This document shows, piece after piece, positions 19,956 through 29,112 of a stretch of DNA of 44,721 nucleotides. Numbering within the stretch: position 1 is the first letter of the stretch; each line of letters opens with the position of its first letter. The notes under the pieces were generated by a model. The model searched no databases, was not told the DNA's origin, and was given only the letters and a program-made list of their open reading frames with translations. Where the stretch lies: positions 1-44,721 of the forward strand of contig WFQM01000320.1 of assembly GCA_015487095.1 (NCBI GenBank). Direction: 5' to 3'. This DNA is from Gammaproteobacteria bacterium (GTDB lineage: Bacteria; Pseudomonadota; Gammaproteobacteria; SZUA-152). The position numbers and the translations under genes were made by a program.

Positions 19956-21386
19956 TTAACCGCCACTCATGCGTAATAAACTGGCTCGTAAATTACTTTC
20001 CGAGTCAATAAGAAACTGGCTCGATACAACCACTTCATCACCTTCTTTCAGGCCATGTAAAATTTCAATTTTATTATTTGACTCGATGCCAACCTTTACG
20101 GTGACAGGTTTAAATTTTCCATCCCCCAATGCAATGATAACTCGATCACCTTCACCGGTACGAATTAAAGATTCTCGCGGTATAATCAGCACTTTACGTT
20201 TAGGCTCAGTGAAAATTTTTACATCGGCATACATGTTGGCTTTTAGTAATTCATCGGGATTGTTGAACCGCAAACGCACTTCCAAACTGCGTGTTTTGGG
20301 GTCCAGAATCGGGTAAATATAGTCGATAGTTCCATCCCAGGTTTTACCTGGCATGAAAGGTAATTCGGCTGTTGCTCGATCACCTATTTTCACCCAATCT
20401 GCTTGGCTTTCAAAAATGTTGGCAATCAGCCATATGGTTGTCATATCAACCAGGCTGATGATGGACTCGGAAGGTTTGACAAACATGCCTTCTCGTATGT
20501 TTAATTCAGAGACTACACCATTTTGTGGTGCATAGTAGTTTATCAGAGGAATGATTTTTCTGGATTTTTTGAGTGTTCTTATTTGGGATTTCGACATTCC
20601 TAATGCGATTAATCTGTCCTGTGATGCATCCGCTAGGGAATTGTTTTCCAAATCCAGAGACTGCAATAGTTCTTCTTGCGCATTCACAAGCTTTGGGGAA
20701 TAGATTTTGAATAACAAATCACCTTTTTTGACTCTTTCGCCTAATGTTTTGACGGCCAGGTGTTCTACCCAGCCATCAGTACGCAGATGCATATGGCTTA
20801 TTTTATTTTCGTCATATTTAACATTTCCCACGCTGTCGATATAGCGATATAAAGTTCTCCGTTTTACCTTACGGGTATGTACGCCAAGCATGTTGATAAC
20901 ACGGGGCGAGATGGATATGACGCCGGCTTCATCGCTGGTATTATTAATGACCACTAAGTCCATTCCACAAATAGGGCAGGTTGCTTTAGGGTCATTGCTT
21001 ATTACATCGGTATGCATAGGGCATACATAAGTCGGGTCTGTATGCTTTTTAGCATGCTCCAGCGCACTTTCACTGGTAGCCTGAATCGGCTCGGGTGTGT
21101 TTACGGATGCAGGTGTATCGATTGGGTTGAATGTGTTTACAGAGGCAACGGCATCAAAATCAATGCTTGATGAGGTGTAGTAACTTAAGCCAACAGTTGT
21201 AAAAATCAGCAATGTGGCAAGTAGTGCTTGTTTTTTCAACACCGATAAAAATTTATCAGCCGCAGGTTTAAAACGATAATCATAGTTATATCGGTAGTGG
21301 TATCGGTAGCGATAACTACAATTGAGCAACCATTTTTTATAATGTTCTATTTTGCCCCTAAAATCAGTCTGGTTGTTATGTCTCAT
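19956..21386 (-). CDS. cusB: RND periplasmic adaptor with heavy-metal-binding domain
   Basis: YVCPMH...CPICGMDLV; VKKGDLLFKIYSPKLVNAQEE; QFLIDSESNL. Confidence 0.92.
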   Translation of the reverse strand: MRHNNQTDFRGKIEHYKKWLLNCSYRYRYHYRYNYDYRFKPAADKFLSVLKKQALLATLLIFTTVGLSYYTSSSIDFDAVASVNTFNPIDTPASVNTPEPIQATSESALEHAKKHTDPTYVCPMHTDVISNDPKATCPICGMDLVVINNTSDEAGVISISPRVINMLGVHTRKVKRRTLYRYIDSVGNVKYDENKISHMHLRTDGWVEHLAVKTLGERVKKGDLLFKIYSPKLVNAQEELLQSLDLENNSLADASQDRLIALGMSKSQIRTLKKSRKIIPLINYYAPQNGVVSELNIREGMFVKPSESIISLVDMTTIWLIANIFESQADWVKIGDRATAELPFMPGKTWDGTIDYIYPILDPKTRSLEVRLRFNNPDELLKANMYADVKIFTEPKRKVLIIPRESLIRTGEGDRVIIALGDGKFKPVTVKVGIESNNKIEILHGLKEGDEVVVSSQFLIDSESNLRASLLRMSGG

Positions 21387-22797
21387 GCCCGGTCCCCCCG
21401 GTTAGATAAAGCAAATTGACTTGTGCCTGTGCCGAATCAACAAATAATTGTATTGCTTGTAATTGAATATCCAACTCCATTAATCTCGCACGCATTAACG
21501 TGTCAAATTCAGTGGTCTGACTTCTATAGGCATTTAATGCAGCTTTGGCATTTTGGTTTGCCTGTGGTAATACGGTTTCTTTGTAGTGTTGCAGGCGTTC
21601 GTTTAAACGTAGCCAGTTTGAATATTCAGCATCCAGCATGCGCTGCAAGTTTCTTTTTTGTTCTGCCGTGGAATATTGAGCAGAGCTATAATCTTTTTCA
21701 CGGGCAGTTACCCATTTATCCTGTCGATTTGATGTGAATAAGGGGATGTCAACGATAAACATCAGCGATATAAGGTCTGCTCGTTGTTGGCCTGTGGGCG
21801 CTGTTTCTCGCATACCAAAGCTCAAATCAAGCATCCAGCGGGGGTAGTAGCGTGATTTGGCAATATTAATTCCTGCTTTGGCAGCATTTGCGTTGGCAAT
21901 GGATGCTTGTATCGAAGGGTGTTTTTCGAGAGATAAAGCCAGGGCATTACGCTCAGCAAGTTCTGGAATCGCAAGGGAATTCAAAGATAGTGGCCGATTG
22001 AACTGAGCCGCACCTACCCATTTTCCCAGTTCTGCCAGTGAATTTTCCTTCATGGCTTTGATTTTAATCGCTCGATCTTTCAGCAAGCTTCGTTCAAGTT
22101 GCGCCCGAACGACATTTTGCTGATTCCCTCGGCCTGACCGATATTGGGATTTTGTTATTTTAACCAGTTGTGTAAATAGCGCATCTGTTTTTTTGATGAT
22201 ATTGCCGGTATGGTGCTGTAAATAGACGCCCAGCCAGGCTTGCCGCACATTGCGTAATACTTCTTGTTTCTGGTTTATGGCTTTATGGCTTTTAGCTGCC
22301 CCCATCAGGTTCATCTGTTCTCTTTGCGAGCCGAGAAGACCATGCGGGGGAAATGCCTGTTGTAAGCCGATGACTTGTTGAGTCATTGCTTCCTGGTCCA
22401 GTTTCAGTGTGTCTGTCGGTATATTTATGAGGCCTAATTTCAATTTCGGGTCAGGTAAGCTACTGACAGCAATTCCTTTCTTTTTTAATGCAATGGATTC
22501 CAGGTCGAATTTTTTGGTCAATAAGTCATTTTTTATTGCCAGACTTTCTGCTTCCTGTAGGGTTAACGGATTATCATATTGAATATTACCGGGCGATATG
22601 GTGCCCACGGCAAGAGTGACTTTTGAATCATTCTCTGACCCACTTTCCCAGAATGGGGTGTTTTTTTCCGCAGCATACGTTCCGCTGGTGTGTAGCAGAA
22701 ATAAGCAAAAAACAAAATTTCGATATCTATTAAGCAAAAACAACGGAGTAACCTTCCATGCTTTGTAAAAATGGCAGTTTGGTTGATCTTCTGCCAT
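21376..22797 (-). CDS. TolC-family outer-membrane channel (CusC-like)
   Basis: LPDPKLKLG, IGLQQAFP, IPLFTSNRQD, helical OEP repeats; overlaps the cusB start; exact start uncertain. Confidence 0.88.
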   Translation of the reverse strand: MAEDQPNCHFYKAWKVTPLFLLNRYRNFVFCLFLLHTSGTYAAEKNTPFWESGSENDSKVTLAVGTISPGNIQYDNPLTLQEAESLAIKNDLLTKKFDLESIALKKKGIAVSSLPDPKLKLGLINIPTDTLKLDQEAMTQQVIGLQQAFPPHGLLGSQREQMNLMGAAKSHKAINQKQEVLRNVRQAWLGVYLQHHTGNIIKKTDALFTQLVKITKSQYRSGRGNQQNVVRAQLERSLLKDRAIKIKAMKENSLAELGKWVGAAQFNRPLSLNSLAIPELAERNALALSLEKHPSIQASIANANAAKAGINIAKSRYYPRWMLDLSFGMRETAPTGQQRADLISLMFIVDIPLFTSNRQDKWVTAREKDYSSAQYSTAEQKRNLQRMLDAEYSNWLRLNERLQHYKETVLPQANQNAKAALNAYRSQTTEFDTLMRARLMELDIQLQAIQLFVDSAQAQVNLLYLTGGTGHET

Positions 22798-22964
22798 TTT
22801 GCATTGTTAATGTGTAACTACTTTGAGTGCCTTTGGTTTTTCCGGTTATGACGTTATAGAGCGCTCATTTAGTGTGTAAACTCCGCGCCTTTTCCTTGTT
22901 GACGAAAAAAACGTCCAAACAAACCAAAGGCAATCTGGTTTGTGGCTGTATAACTGAAAAACCA

Positions 22965-23128
22965 GACTAGGGAATGGAAATCGAATAATCTATACAATTG
23001 GCATCTCCGCTTCAGCCCGTCTTCGCCTGTTCTTCAATCGCAAAAGCTCGAAATAGAGCAACTATTCCTGCGCTTTTGCTCAATCAGGACTCCACTTGTA
23101 TAAGTTATTCAATTTCCATTCCAGAGTC
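22965..23128. mobile_element. MITE-like 164-bp palindromic element
   Basis: 33-bp imperfect terminal inverted repeats gactagggaatggaaatcgaataatctatacaa / ttgtataagttattcaatttccattccagagtc; core aatagagcaactatt. Confidence 0.7.
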
Positions 23129-23146
23129 GTTGCATCAATATTTATA

Positions 23147-24283
23147 TCACTTGCTGTAAATATACTGATAACTGATGCCATACAGAACATCCGTCTCCAA
23201 TTGCGGACCGTTCAGGTCCTGATGAATGGGAATGCCAATTTCAGCACTTAGCATATGATACTTATTGCTATGACCGCTTACGCCAAGCAGGAGATCGACT
23301 CTTGTTCCGCCACTTGCATCAGGATCAGATGTTGGAGCCATCATTGGATTGATATCCGGGTCCTGTCCATCGATTTTGCCCCAGTCCAGAATATTTATGC
23401 GACTTGACAGTGTAAAACTAGGGTTAACGGAATATGTCCCCCAGGCAGTTACCTCTACCTGGTCCCCCAGCGTGTAATTATTATCATTTTCGCCTATACG
23501 CAATATATAAGTTGCCTGACCCCCAACATTCCATGCACCCAGGCCTTTGTTATAAGTCACGGCTGGGACCAGATCGTATGTACCTGAACCCAATTGCATT
23601 GCATAAGGTGCCTGGATTGGTCCGTTCACAGTTGACATGGCTCCACCAGTGTTCAAGTTTGTACCATTCATTCTCATTGTGATTTCTTCGTTGATGCTGC
23701 CGGTTGGAATGCTCCACCCAAGGCTTGTGACCAGCTCGTCGTTTACTTGATACATTACATCAATACGGGAGTCGCCCATCCCACTGGTATCCATTGAACC
23801 GAACATATCGCCTATCGGCATACCATTCGACATTTGCATATGCATTACCATGTCCATTTCATTATTCAAGTAATGCAGCATGCCCATAATGCTGATTTTA
23901 TCATCAATACCGTACATCATCATAAACATGTGCATATCCATGGTCATTTTTGTTGGTGACATCATGTAGTCAGATGTCCCGGCCCGGGTCGGCCCGTTCA
24001 TATTCATGAGTGCGCCTGAAATGCTCTCGCTGCTGATGCTATCTGTGCCGTTTAACAGTCCCTTCATATTCATACGCATAAACTTGTATTCAAACATGAA
24101 TCCGCCAGCGCCGTGCTCATGATGAATATGCATTGAGGATGCCGCTGTGTCATGACCACTGTGTTCCGACATGTCATGGTTGGAGCCATGTTGGCTGTGA
24201 TCCATTTCTTCGGCATGCACGGAAATGGAAAAGAAGCTTAAAACGGCAAAACAACAAGAGATTTTTTTAATAAGAATAGACAT
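23147..24283 (-). CDS. His/Met-rich exported protein, probable outer-membrane beta-barrel associated with copper handling
   Basis: Signal peptide ending VHA; MDHSQHGSNHDMSEHSGH; MTMDMHMFMMMYG; MQLGSGTYDL; alternating beta-strand C-terminus. Confidence 0.72.
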   Translation of the reverse strand: MSILIKKISCCFAVLSFFSISVHAEEMDHSQHGSNHDMSEHSGHDTAASSMHIHHEHGAGGFMFEYKFMRMNMKGLLNGTDSISSESISGALMNMNGPTRAGTSDYMMSPTKMTMDMHMFMMMYGIDDKISIMGMLHYLNNEMDMVMHMQMSNGMPIGDMFGSMDTSGMGDSRIDVMYQVNDELVTSLGWSIPTGSINEEITMRMNGTNLNTGGAMSTVNGPIQAPYAMQLGSGTYDLVPAVTYNKGLGAWNVGGQATYILRIGENDNNYTLGDQVEVTAWGTYSVNPSFTLSSRINILDWGKIDGQDPDINPMMAPTSDPDASGGTRVDLLLGVSGHSNKYHMLSAEIGIPIHQDLNGPQLETDVLYGISYQYIYSK

Positions 24284-24397
24284 CGACACATCCTTTGTTC
24301 TCGAACATCCTTGTTCTTGAATAAAATCCCTTTTTTATTTTGAATAATGTTTTTGTTGGTTCGAATTTTGTCTCGAACTCTGAATTTAATGCGAAAT

Positions 24398-24721
24398 TTA
24401 ATTGTTTGTATTGGGTTCTGATAAAATTTCTGTTACTTCCATATCCATAATTGTGAGCACACCCTTGTTATTTTCGTTGAGTGTAAATTTGATTTTGCTG
24501 CCGATGCCGACATCATTCAGCATTGCAGGATCTGCAACCTTAAAATCCATTTTCATTGCATCCATAAGACCTTTAATTGGGCCATGCGATATGGTCAGTT
24601 TTTGAGATGAAAGCTTGATAGCATTTACAGTGCCTTCTGCTGTAAATTCTTTAGCTGTTGCAGTAAAACTGAAGGTGATGAAAAAAAGTGTGGTGATCAG
24701 AAGAAATTTTCTTTTATCCAT
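24398..24721 (-). CDS. cusF: Periplasmic copper chaperone, CusF family
   Basis: Signal peptide; GTVNAI..LTISHGPIKGLMDAMKMDFKV..GSKIKFTL; AGGAG RBS. Confidence 0.85.
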   Translation of the reverse strand: MDKRKFLLITTLFFITFSFTATAKEFTAEGTVNAIKLSSQKLTISHGPIKGLMDAMKMDFKVADPAMLNDVGIGSKIKFTLNENNKGVLTIMDMEVTEILSEPNTNN

Positions 24722-25058
24722 GGTGAAGCTCCTTTACGTTATACATTCTGATATCCATCATGCATCGGGTATCCATACGCAATATCAGGCATCCATGCTG
24801 CGTCCCGTACTTGCTAGTAGAACACACCTTTTCATTCAAACACAATTGTTGTTAGGCCGTCAAGACAGAGTTGTCGTATTAAGAAGATACGGGCGCAATT
24901 GAAAATTAAATAATGGGCGGCTATAGATACAGTCCGCTTTGCGTTTAGAGTGTCGATGATTTTTGATTTTTTTGATACGTTTAAAAACAGAAAGACACAC
25001 AAATTGTGCGGCATAGACAGCATGAATCGAAAAAATAACAGTACGATTTGTTTGTATT

Positions 25059-25081
25059 ATTATCATTGCAATAATGATAAT
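25059..25081. promoter_or_regulatory. Fur-family-like operator palindrome
   Basis: ATTATCATT-N5-AATGATAAT; contains ATAATGATAATC, 12 contiguous bases of the Fur consensus. Confidence 0.4.
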
Positions 25082-25275
25082 CGGATAATATAAACAGAAA
25101 GTAAAAGCGTTAATCTTATTTGACGTTTTCGAATGGAAAGCCCACATATGGTGAACTTGGGCGCAAGCTTGCATGTCTTTCATTCAGCGCTATTTCAACA
25201 TACCGGGTCAGTAGAATTACCCTGCGGCAAATTGTCGCTCCTGTTGTGTCAGCGATATAGCCAATGAGCTGGTGA

Positions 25276-25436
25276 TATACCCGTAGCGATTGAGATTTAG
25301 GTCGTGTGCACGCCTGTTTCCTCCATGGCCGCGTTGAAACTCCTTGCAATAGAACGACTATATACGCGTCATCTCGCCTCGCCATGACGAAAATATGACG
25401 CGCACTTAAACCTGAATCCCAAACACCACGGGTATA
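25276..25436. mobile_element. ERIC-like 161-bp palindromic element
   Basis: Ends tatacccgtag / ccacgggtata; nested arms gattgagattta / taaacctgaatc and catggc / gccatg; core aatagaacgactat. Confidence 0.72.
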
Positions 25437-25805
25437 GTTTAATAATGGTAAGCGGGATTTGTGGTCCGCTTTGTTTTGCCTTTTTGAAGTTTTGAAAAAT
25501 TCAAAATGATTGTTGATCCCCCCCAAACACATACGTTTATTTTTGTATTGCCGTTTTTGTTTTTTTATTTATCCTGGATTAATCAGTTGAACGGTCTGTT
25601 CTGGATATTTGTTTGGCTATGCAAACAAAATGCAAAGGTTGATTTTCAGTGCAGTTAATTATTGCAGATTGGCCGACATAAAAATTTCTGTGCCGGAAAA
25701 TATGTTTGTGGTTATCAGGTTATCATGGACAGGAGCAAGTAGTTTCAGTCAGGCGGGTTTGAAGTCAGGGATATAATATATTTTAACAATTATAACAATA
25801 GAGCA

Positions 25806-25823
25806 AATGACAAATTTGTCATT
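25806..25823. promoter_or_regulatory. CusR/CopR-type copper box
   Basis: Perfect palindrome AATGACAAATTTGTCATT, nearly identical to the E. coli CusR box; extra AATGACA half-site just to its right; AT-rich TATAAT-containing DNA toward cusF. Confidence 0.75.
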
Positions 25824-25955
25824 CACCGCAATGACAGCATTTTTATACGGGGGTTGGACAATTACCCTGGCTTGCCAAATAGGAAGTGCGGCCCATGGCG
25901 CTGTCTGTAGCCTTGGCGTATTATTGCCGCCATTAAATCTCACCATCGAGTCCGC

Positions 25956-28139
25956 ATGAATTCACAACACCGTTTTTTTGCCACGGCACCCAAGGGAATG
26001 GAAGGTCTGCTGGCTGACGAGCTGCGCCAGCTGGGCGCGGCCAATGTGGGTGAAACCCGTGCGGGTGTAGGTTTTCAGGGCGATCTCAGTCGGGCGTACC
26101 GGGTGTGCCTGTGGTCACGCATTGCCAACCGGGTGTTGATGCCGCTGGCGAGTTTCCCTTCCGCTGATCCTGAACAGCTCTACGCAGGTGTATTGGCCAT
26201 TGAATGGACTAAGCACTTGGCGGTGGATGGCAGTCTGCTCGTGGATTTCAGTAGTGTGCACTCGGAAATTACTCATACCCAATTCGGTGCGCAAAAAGTC
26301 AAAGATGCTGTCGTGGATCACTTTCGTCACGAAACCGGTGAGCGTCCTTCGGTGGATCGTGATACGCCGGATCTGCGCATTAATGTGTTCCTGTTTCGTG
26401 ATAAGGCCACAGTGAATATCGATCTTTCCGGAGACAGCCTGCATCGTCGGGGTTATCGTCTCGAAGGGGCGGTGGCACCGCTGAAAGAAAACCTGGCTGC
26501 CGGTATTTTGCAGCGTGCGGGCTGGGCGGAGATTGCCCGGCAGGGGGGAGGGATGGTGGACCCCATGTGCGGTTCTGGCACTCTGCCTATTGAAGCAGCG
26601 ATGATTGCTGCGGATATTGCACCGGGCATTGACCGGCCTTATTGGGGTTTTTCCGGCTGGAAGGGGCATGACGCTGATCTTTGGGCTGCGCTGTTGACCG
26701 ATGCCCGCAAACGTCGAGACAAAGGTTTGGCAAAATTGCCAGTGATTCGTGGTTTTGATGCGAGTGGCCAGGTTATCGAAGCGGCGCAGGATAATGCGGC
26801 CCATGCGGGGCTAGCTGATTACATCGAATTTTCCCAACGCGCCATCAAGGATTGCGCAGCTGCACCGGAAGGTCCGACAGGGTTGGTGGCAGTCAACCCT
26901 CCCTACGGAGAGCGACTGGGCGAGCACGAAGAGCTCAAATCGCTGTACAAAGAGTTGGGTGACTGCCTGAAGGCGCAATACACCGGTTGGCGAGCGACGC
27001 TGATTACCAGCGACGCAGAGTTGGGCAAGTGTCTCGGCATTCGCGCACGACACATCAATACGCTCTATAACGGTGCATTGGAATGCAAGCTATTGCGCTT
27101 CGAGCTGGACGAGCGCTGGTTCATGAAGGAGCGTGGTGATCGTGCCAGCGAGCCGGGCGCACAGATGTTCGCCAACCGGTTGCGCAAAAACCTCAAGCAA
27201 TTGTCGCGCTGGCGCAAGCAGCAGTCCATCAGTTGTTATCGTGCCTATGATGCCGATATGCCGGAATATGCTTTTGCCATTGATGTATACGAAACAGTGG
27301 CCTCAGCACAAAGTACGCAGGAAGCGGGGCGCTGGATTATCGTGCAGGAATATGCCGCACCAGGGTCTATTGATGTGCGCAAGGTACGTGCGCGCCGTGA
27401 ACAAGTGTTGGCAGTGCTGCCGCAGGTGTTTGAGGTGCCCGAGGTACAGGTGGTGTTAAAAACCCGTGAGCGTCAGCGGGGTAGCAATCAATACGAAAAA
27501 CAGAGCGAGACACGCCGTTTTCATGAGGTACAGGAAGGACCATGCCGATTGTGGGTGAATTTTGAAGACTATCTCGATACCGGTCTGTTTCTGGATCACC
27601 GTATTACCCGCAGCTTATTGGGAGAGCTGGCGGTTGGTCGCTCGTTTCTGAATTTGTTTGCCTACACTGGAGCTGCCTCTGTGCATGCCGCTCTGGGTGG
27701 AGCGATTGCCACCACTACAGTGGACATGTCGCGCACCTATCTTGGTTGGGCAGCACGCAATATGGCGCTCAACGGTCTTCGCGGCGAAGCGCACCAAGTG
27801 GTGCAAGAAGATTGTCTGTTGTGGATCGACAAGGCGTTGCTGCGTGGTTTACGTTTCGGCGTGATTTTTCTCGACCCGCCGACCTTTTCCAATTCCAAAC
27901 GTATGGAAGCGAGTTTTGATATTCAACGTGACCATGTGGAGTTGATCCAAAAAACAGCAGCGATGCTGGAGCCGGGCGGGGTACTGATTTTTTCCAATAA
28001 TTTCCGGCGTTTTAAAATGGATATGCCGGGGCTGAGCGGACTGGAGGTGGAGGACATGACGGCCAGCACCCTTCCAAAGGATTTTGAGCGCAATGCTAAA
28101 ATTCACCGCTGCTGGAAAATCAGACAAGCGCCAAAATGA
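25956..28139 (+). CDS. rlmKL: Bifunctional 23S rRNA m2G2445/m7G2069 methyltransferase
   Basis: THUMP region, SLHRRGYR, APLKENLAA, DPMCGSGT, NPPYGERL; YLDTGLFLDHR, LNLFAYTG, DPPTFSNSKRM. Confidence 0.96.
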   Translation: MNSQHRFFATAPKGMEGLLADELRQLGAANVGETRAGVGFQGDLSRAYRVCLWSRIANRVLMPLASFPSADPEQLYAGVLAIEWTKHLAVDGSLLVDFSSVHSEITHTQFGAQKVKDAVVDHFRHETGERPSVDRDTPDLRINVFLFRDKATVNIDLSGDSLHRRGYRLEGAVAPLKENLAAGILQRAGWAEIARQGGGMVDPMCGSGTLPIEAAMIAADIAPGIDRPYWGFSGWKGHDADLWAALLTDARKRRDKGLAKLPVIRGFDASGQVIEAAQDNAAHAGLADYIEFSQRAIKDCAAAPEGPTGLVAVNPPYGERLGEHEELKSLYKELGDCLKAQYTGWRATLITSDAELGKCLGIRARHINTLYNGALECKLLRFELDERWFMKERGDRASEPGAQMFANRLRKNLKQLSRWRKQQSISCYRAYDADMPEYAFAIDVYETVASAQSTQEAGRWIIVQEYAAPGSIDVRKVRARREQVLAVLPQVFEVPEVQVVLKTRERQRGSNQYEKQSETRRFHEVQEGPCRLWVNFEDYLDTGLFLDHRITRSLLGELAVGRSFLNLFAYTGAASVHAALGGAIATTTVDMSRTYLGWAARNMALNGLRGEAHQVVQEDCLLWIDKALLRGLRFGVIFLDPPTFSNSKRMEASFDIQRDHVELIQKTAAMLEPGGVLIFSNNFRRFKMDMPGLSGLEVEDMTASTLPKDFERNAKIHRCWKIRQAPK

Positions 28140-28319
28140 TTACCATAAAAAAGAATTAGATCTTTTCCAGGCTTGGGCTCGGGTGGTAGACTCCGGTTCT
28201 CCCGCTCGTAAAATACACGTATTTTTATACGGTGATTTTATCGGCGGTTTCATATATTTCTAACAACGTCTTTAGTGTATGTATCAAATAAAGCAAAGAC
28301 AAAAAGTGAGGGTGTTCTC

Positions 28320-28925
28320 ATGGGAGTTCTCGTAGGCCGCAAGGCGCCAGATTTTACAGCCCCCGCCGTACTCGGTGATGGCTCGATTGTTGATGAATTT
28401 AACTTTTCCAGTACTACCGCAGGCAAACCGGTAGTCGTGTTTTTCTACCCGCTGGATTTTACATTTGTTTGTCCTTCCGAGCTGATCGCTTTTGATCACC
28501 GCCTCGGTGAGTTTAAAAAACGGGGCGTGGAAGTGATTGGTGTTTCCATTGATTCTCATTTTACGCACAACGCTTGGCGTAATACCCCAATCAATAAGGG
28601 CGGTATTGGTCCTGTTGGTTACACGTTGGTGGCTGACATGACTCACGGTATTTGCAAAGCCTATGACGTGGAAACCCCTGATGGTGCAGTGGCCTTCCGG
28701 GGCTCTTTCCTCATCGATAAAGAAGGTGTGGTGCGTCATCAGGTGGTGAATGATTTGCCGCTGGGTCGTAACATTGATGAGATGCTGCGCATGATTGATG
28801 CTCTGCAATTCCATGAAGAGCATGGTGAAGTCTGTCCGGCCAATTGGAAAGAAGGCGAAAAAGGTATGAAGGACACCCCGGATGGTGTGGCCGAATATCT
28901 GGCGGAGAATGCTGACAAGCTGTAA
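28320..28925 (+). CDS. Typical 2-Cys peroxiredoxin (AhpC/Prx1)
   Basis: FFYPLDFTFVCPSE, GRNIDEMLR, GEVCPANW. Confidence 0.95.
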   Translation: MGVLVGRKAPDFTAPAVLGDGSIVDEFNFSSTTAGKPVVVFFYPLDFTFVCPSELIAFDHRLGEFKKRGVEVIGVSIDSHFTHNAWRNTPINKGGIGPVGYTLVADMTHGICKAYDVETPDGAVAFRGSFLIDKEGVVRHQVVNDLPLGRNIDEMLRMIDALQFHEEHGEVCPANWKEGEKGMKDTPDGVAEYLAENADKL

Positions 28926-28947
28926 ACAGAGTCCTGATTCTGTATTT

Positions 28948-28977
28948 AAAAGGCCGGTCTGATGACCGGCCTTTTTT
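28948..28977 (+). terminator. Rho-independent terminator (potentially bidirectional)
   Basis: aaaaggccggtc-tgat-gaccggcctttttt. Confidence 0.85.
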
Positions 28978-29112
28978 ATGCCTTAATAAATTTAATTTCA
29001 GGTCGATAATTCTGCACACGAGCAATAATTTATATGTGCCGGAATAGCCTGTAAAGCCCTGCCTATGAAGCATTGCTGAATTTTATGAGCTGCTGAAGGA
29101 AGAGAAATTATT

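Noticed and set aside
24288-24321. Short tandem duplication acatcc(t)ttgttct(c/t)ga over the RBS region of the Met-rich gene
   Set aside because: Two imperfect copies only; most simply a local duplication with no evidence of function.
24832-25532. Minus-strand ORFs of 63, 107 and 138 aa upstream of cusF
   Set aside because: No motifs or clear RBS; one runs through the ERIC-like element; not supportable as genes.
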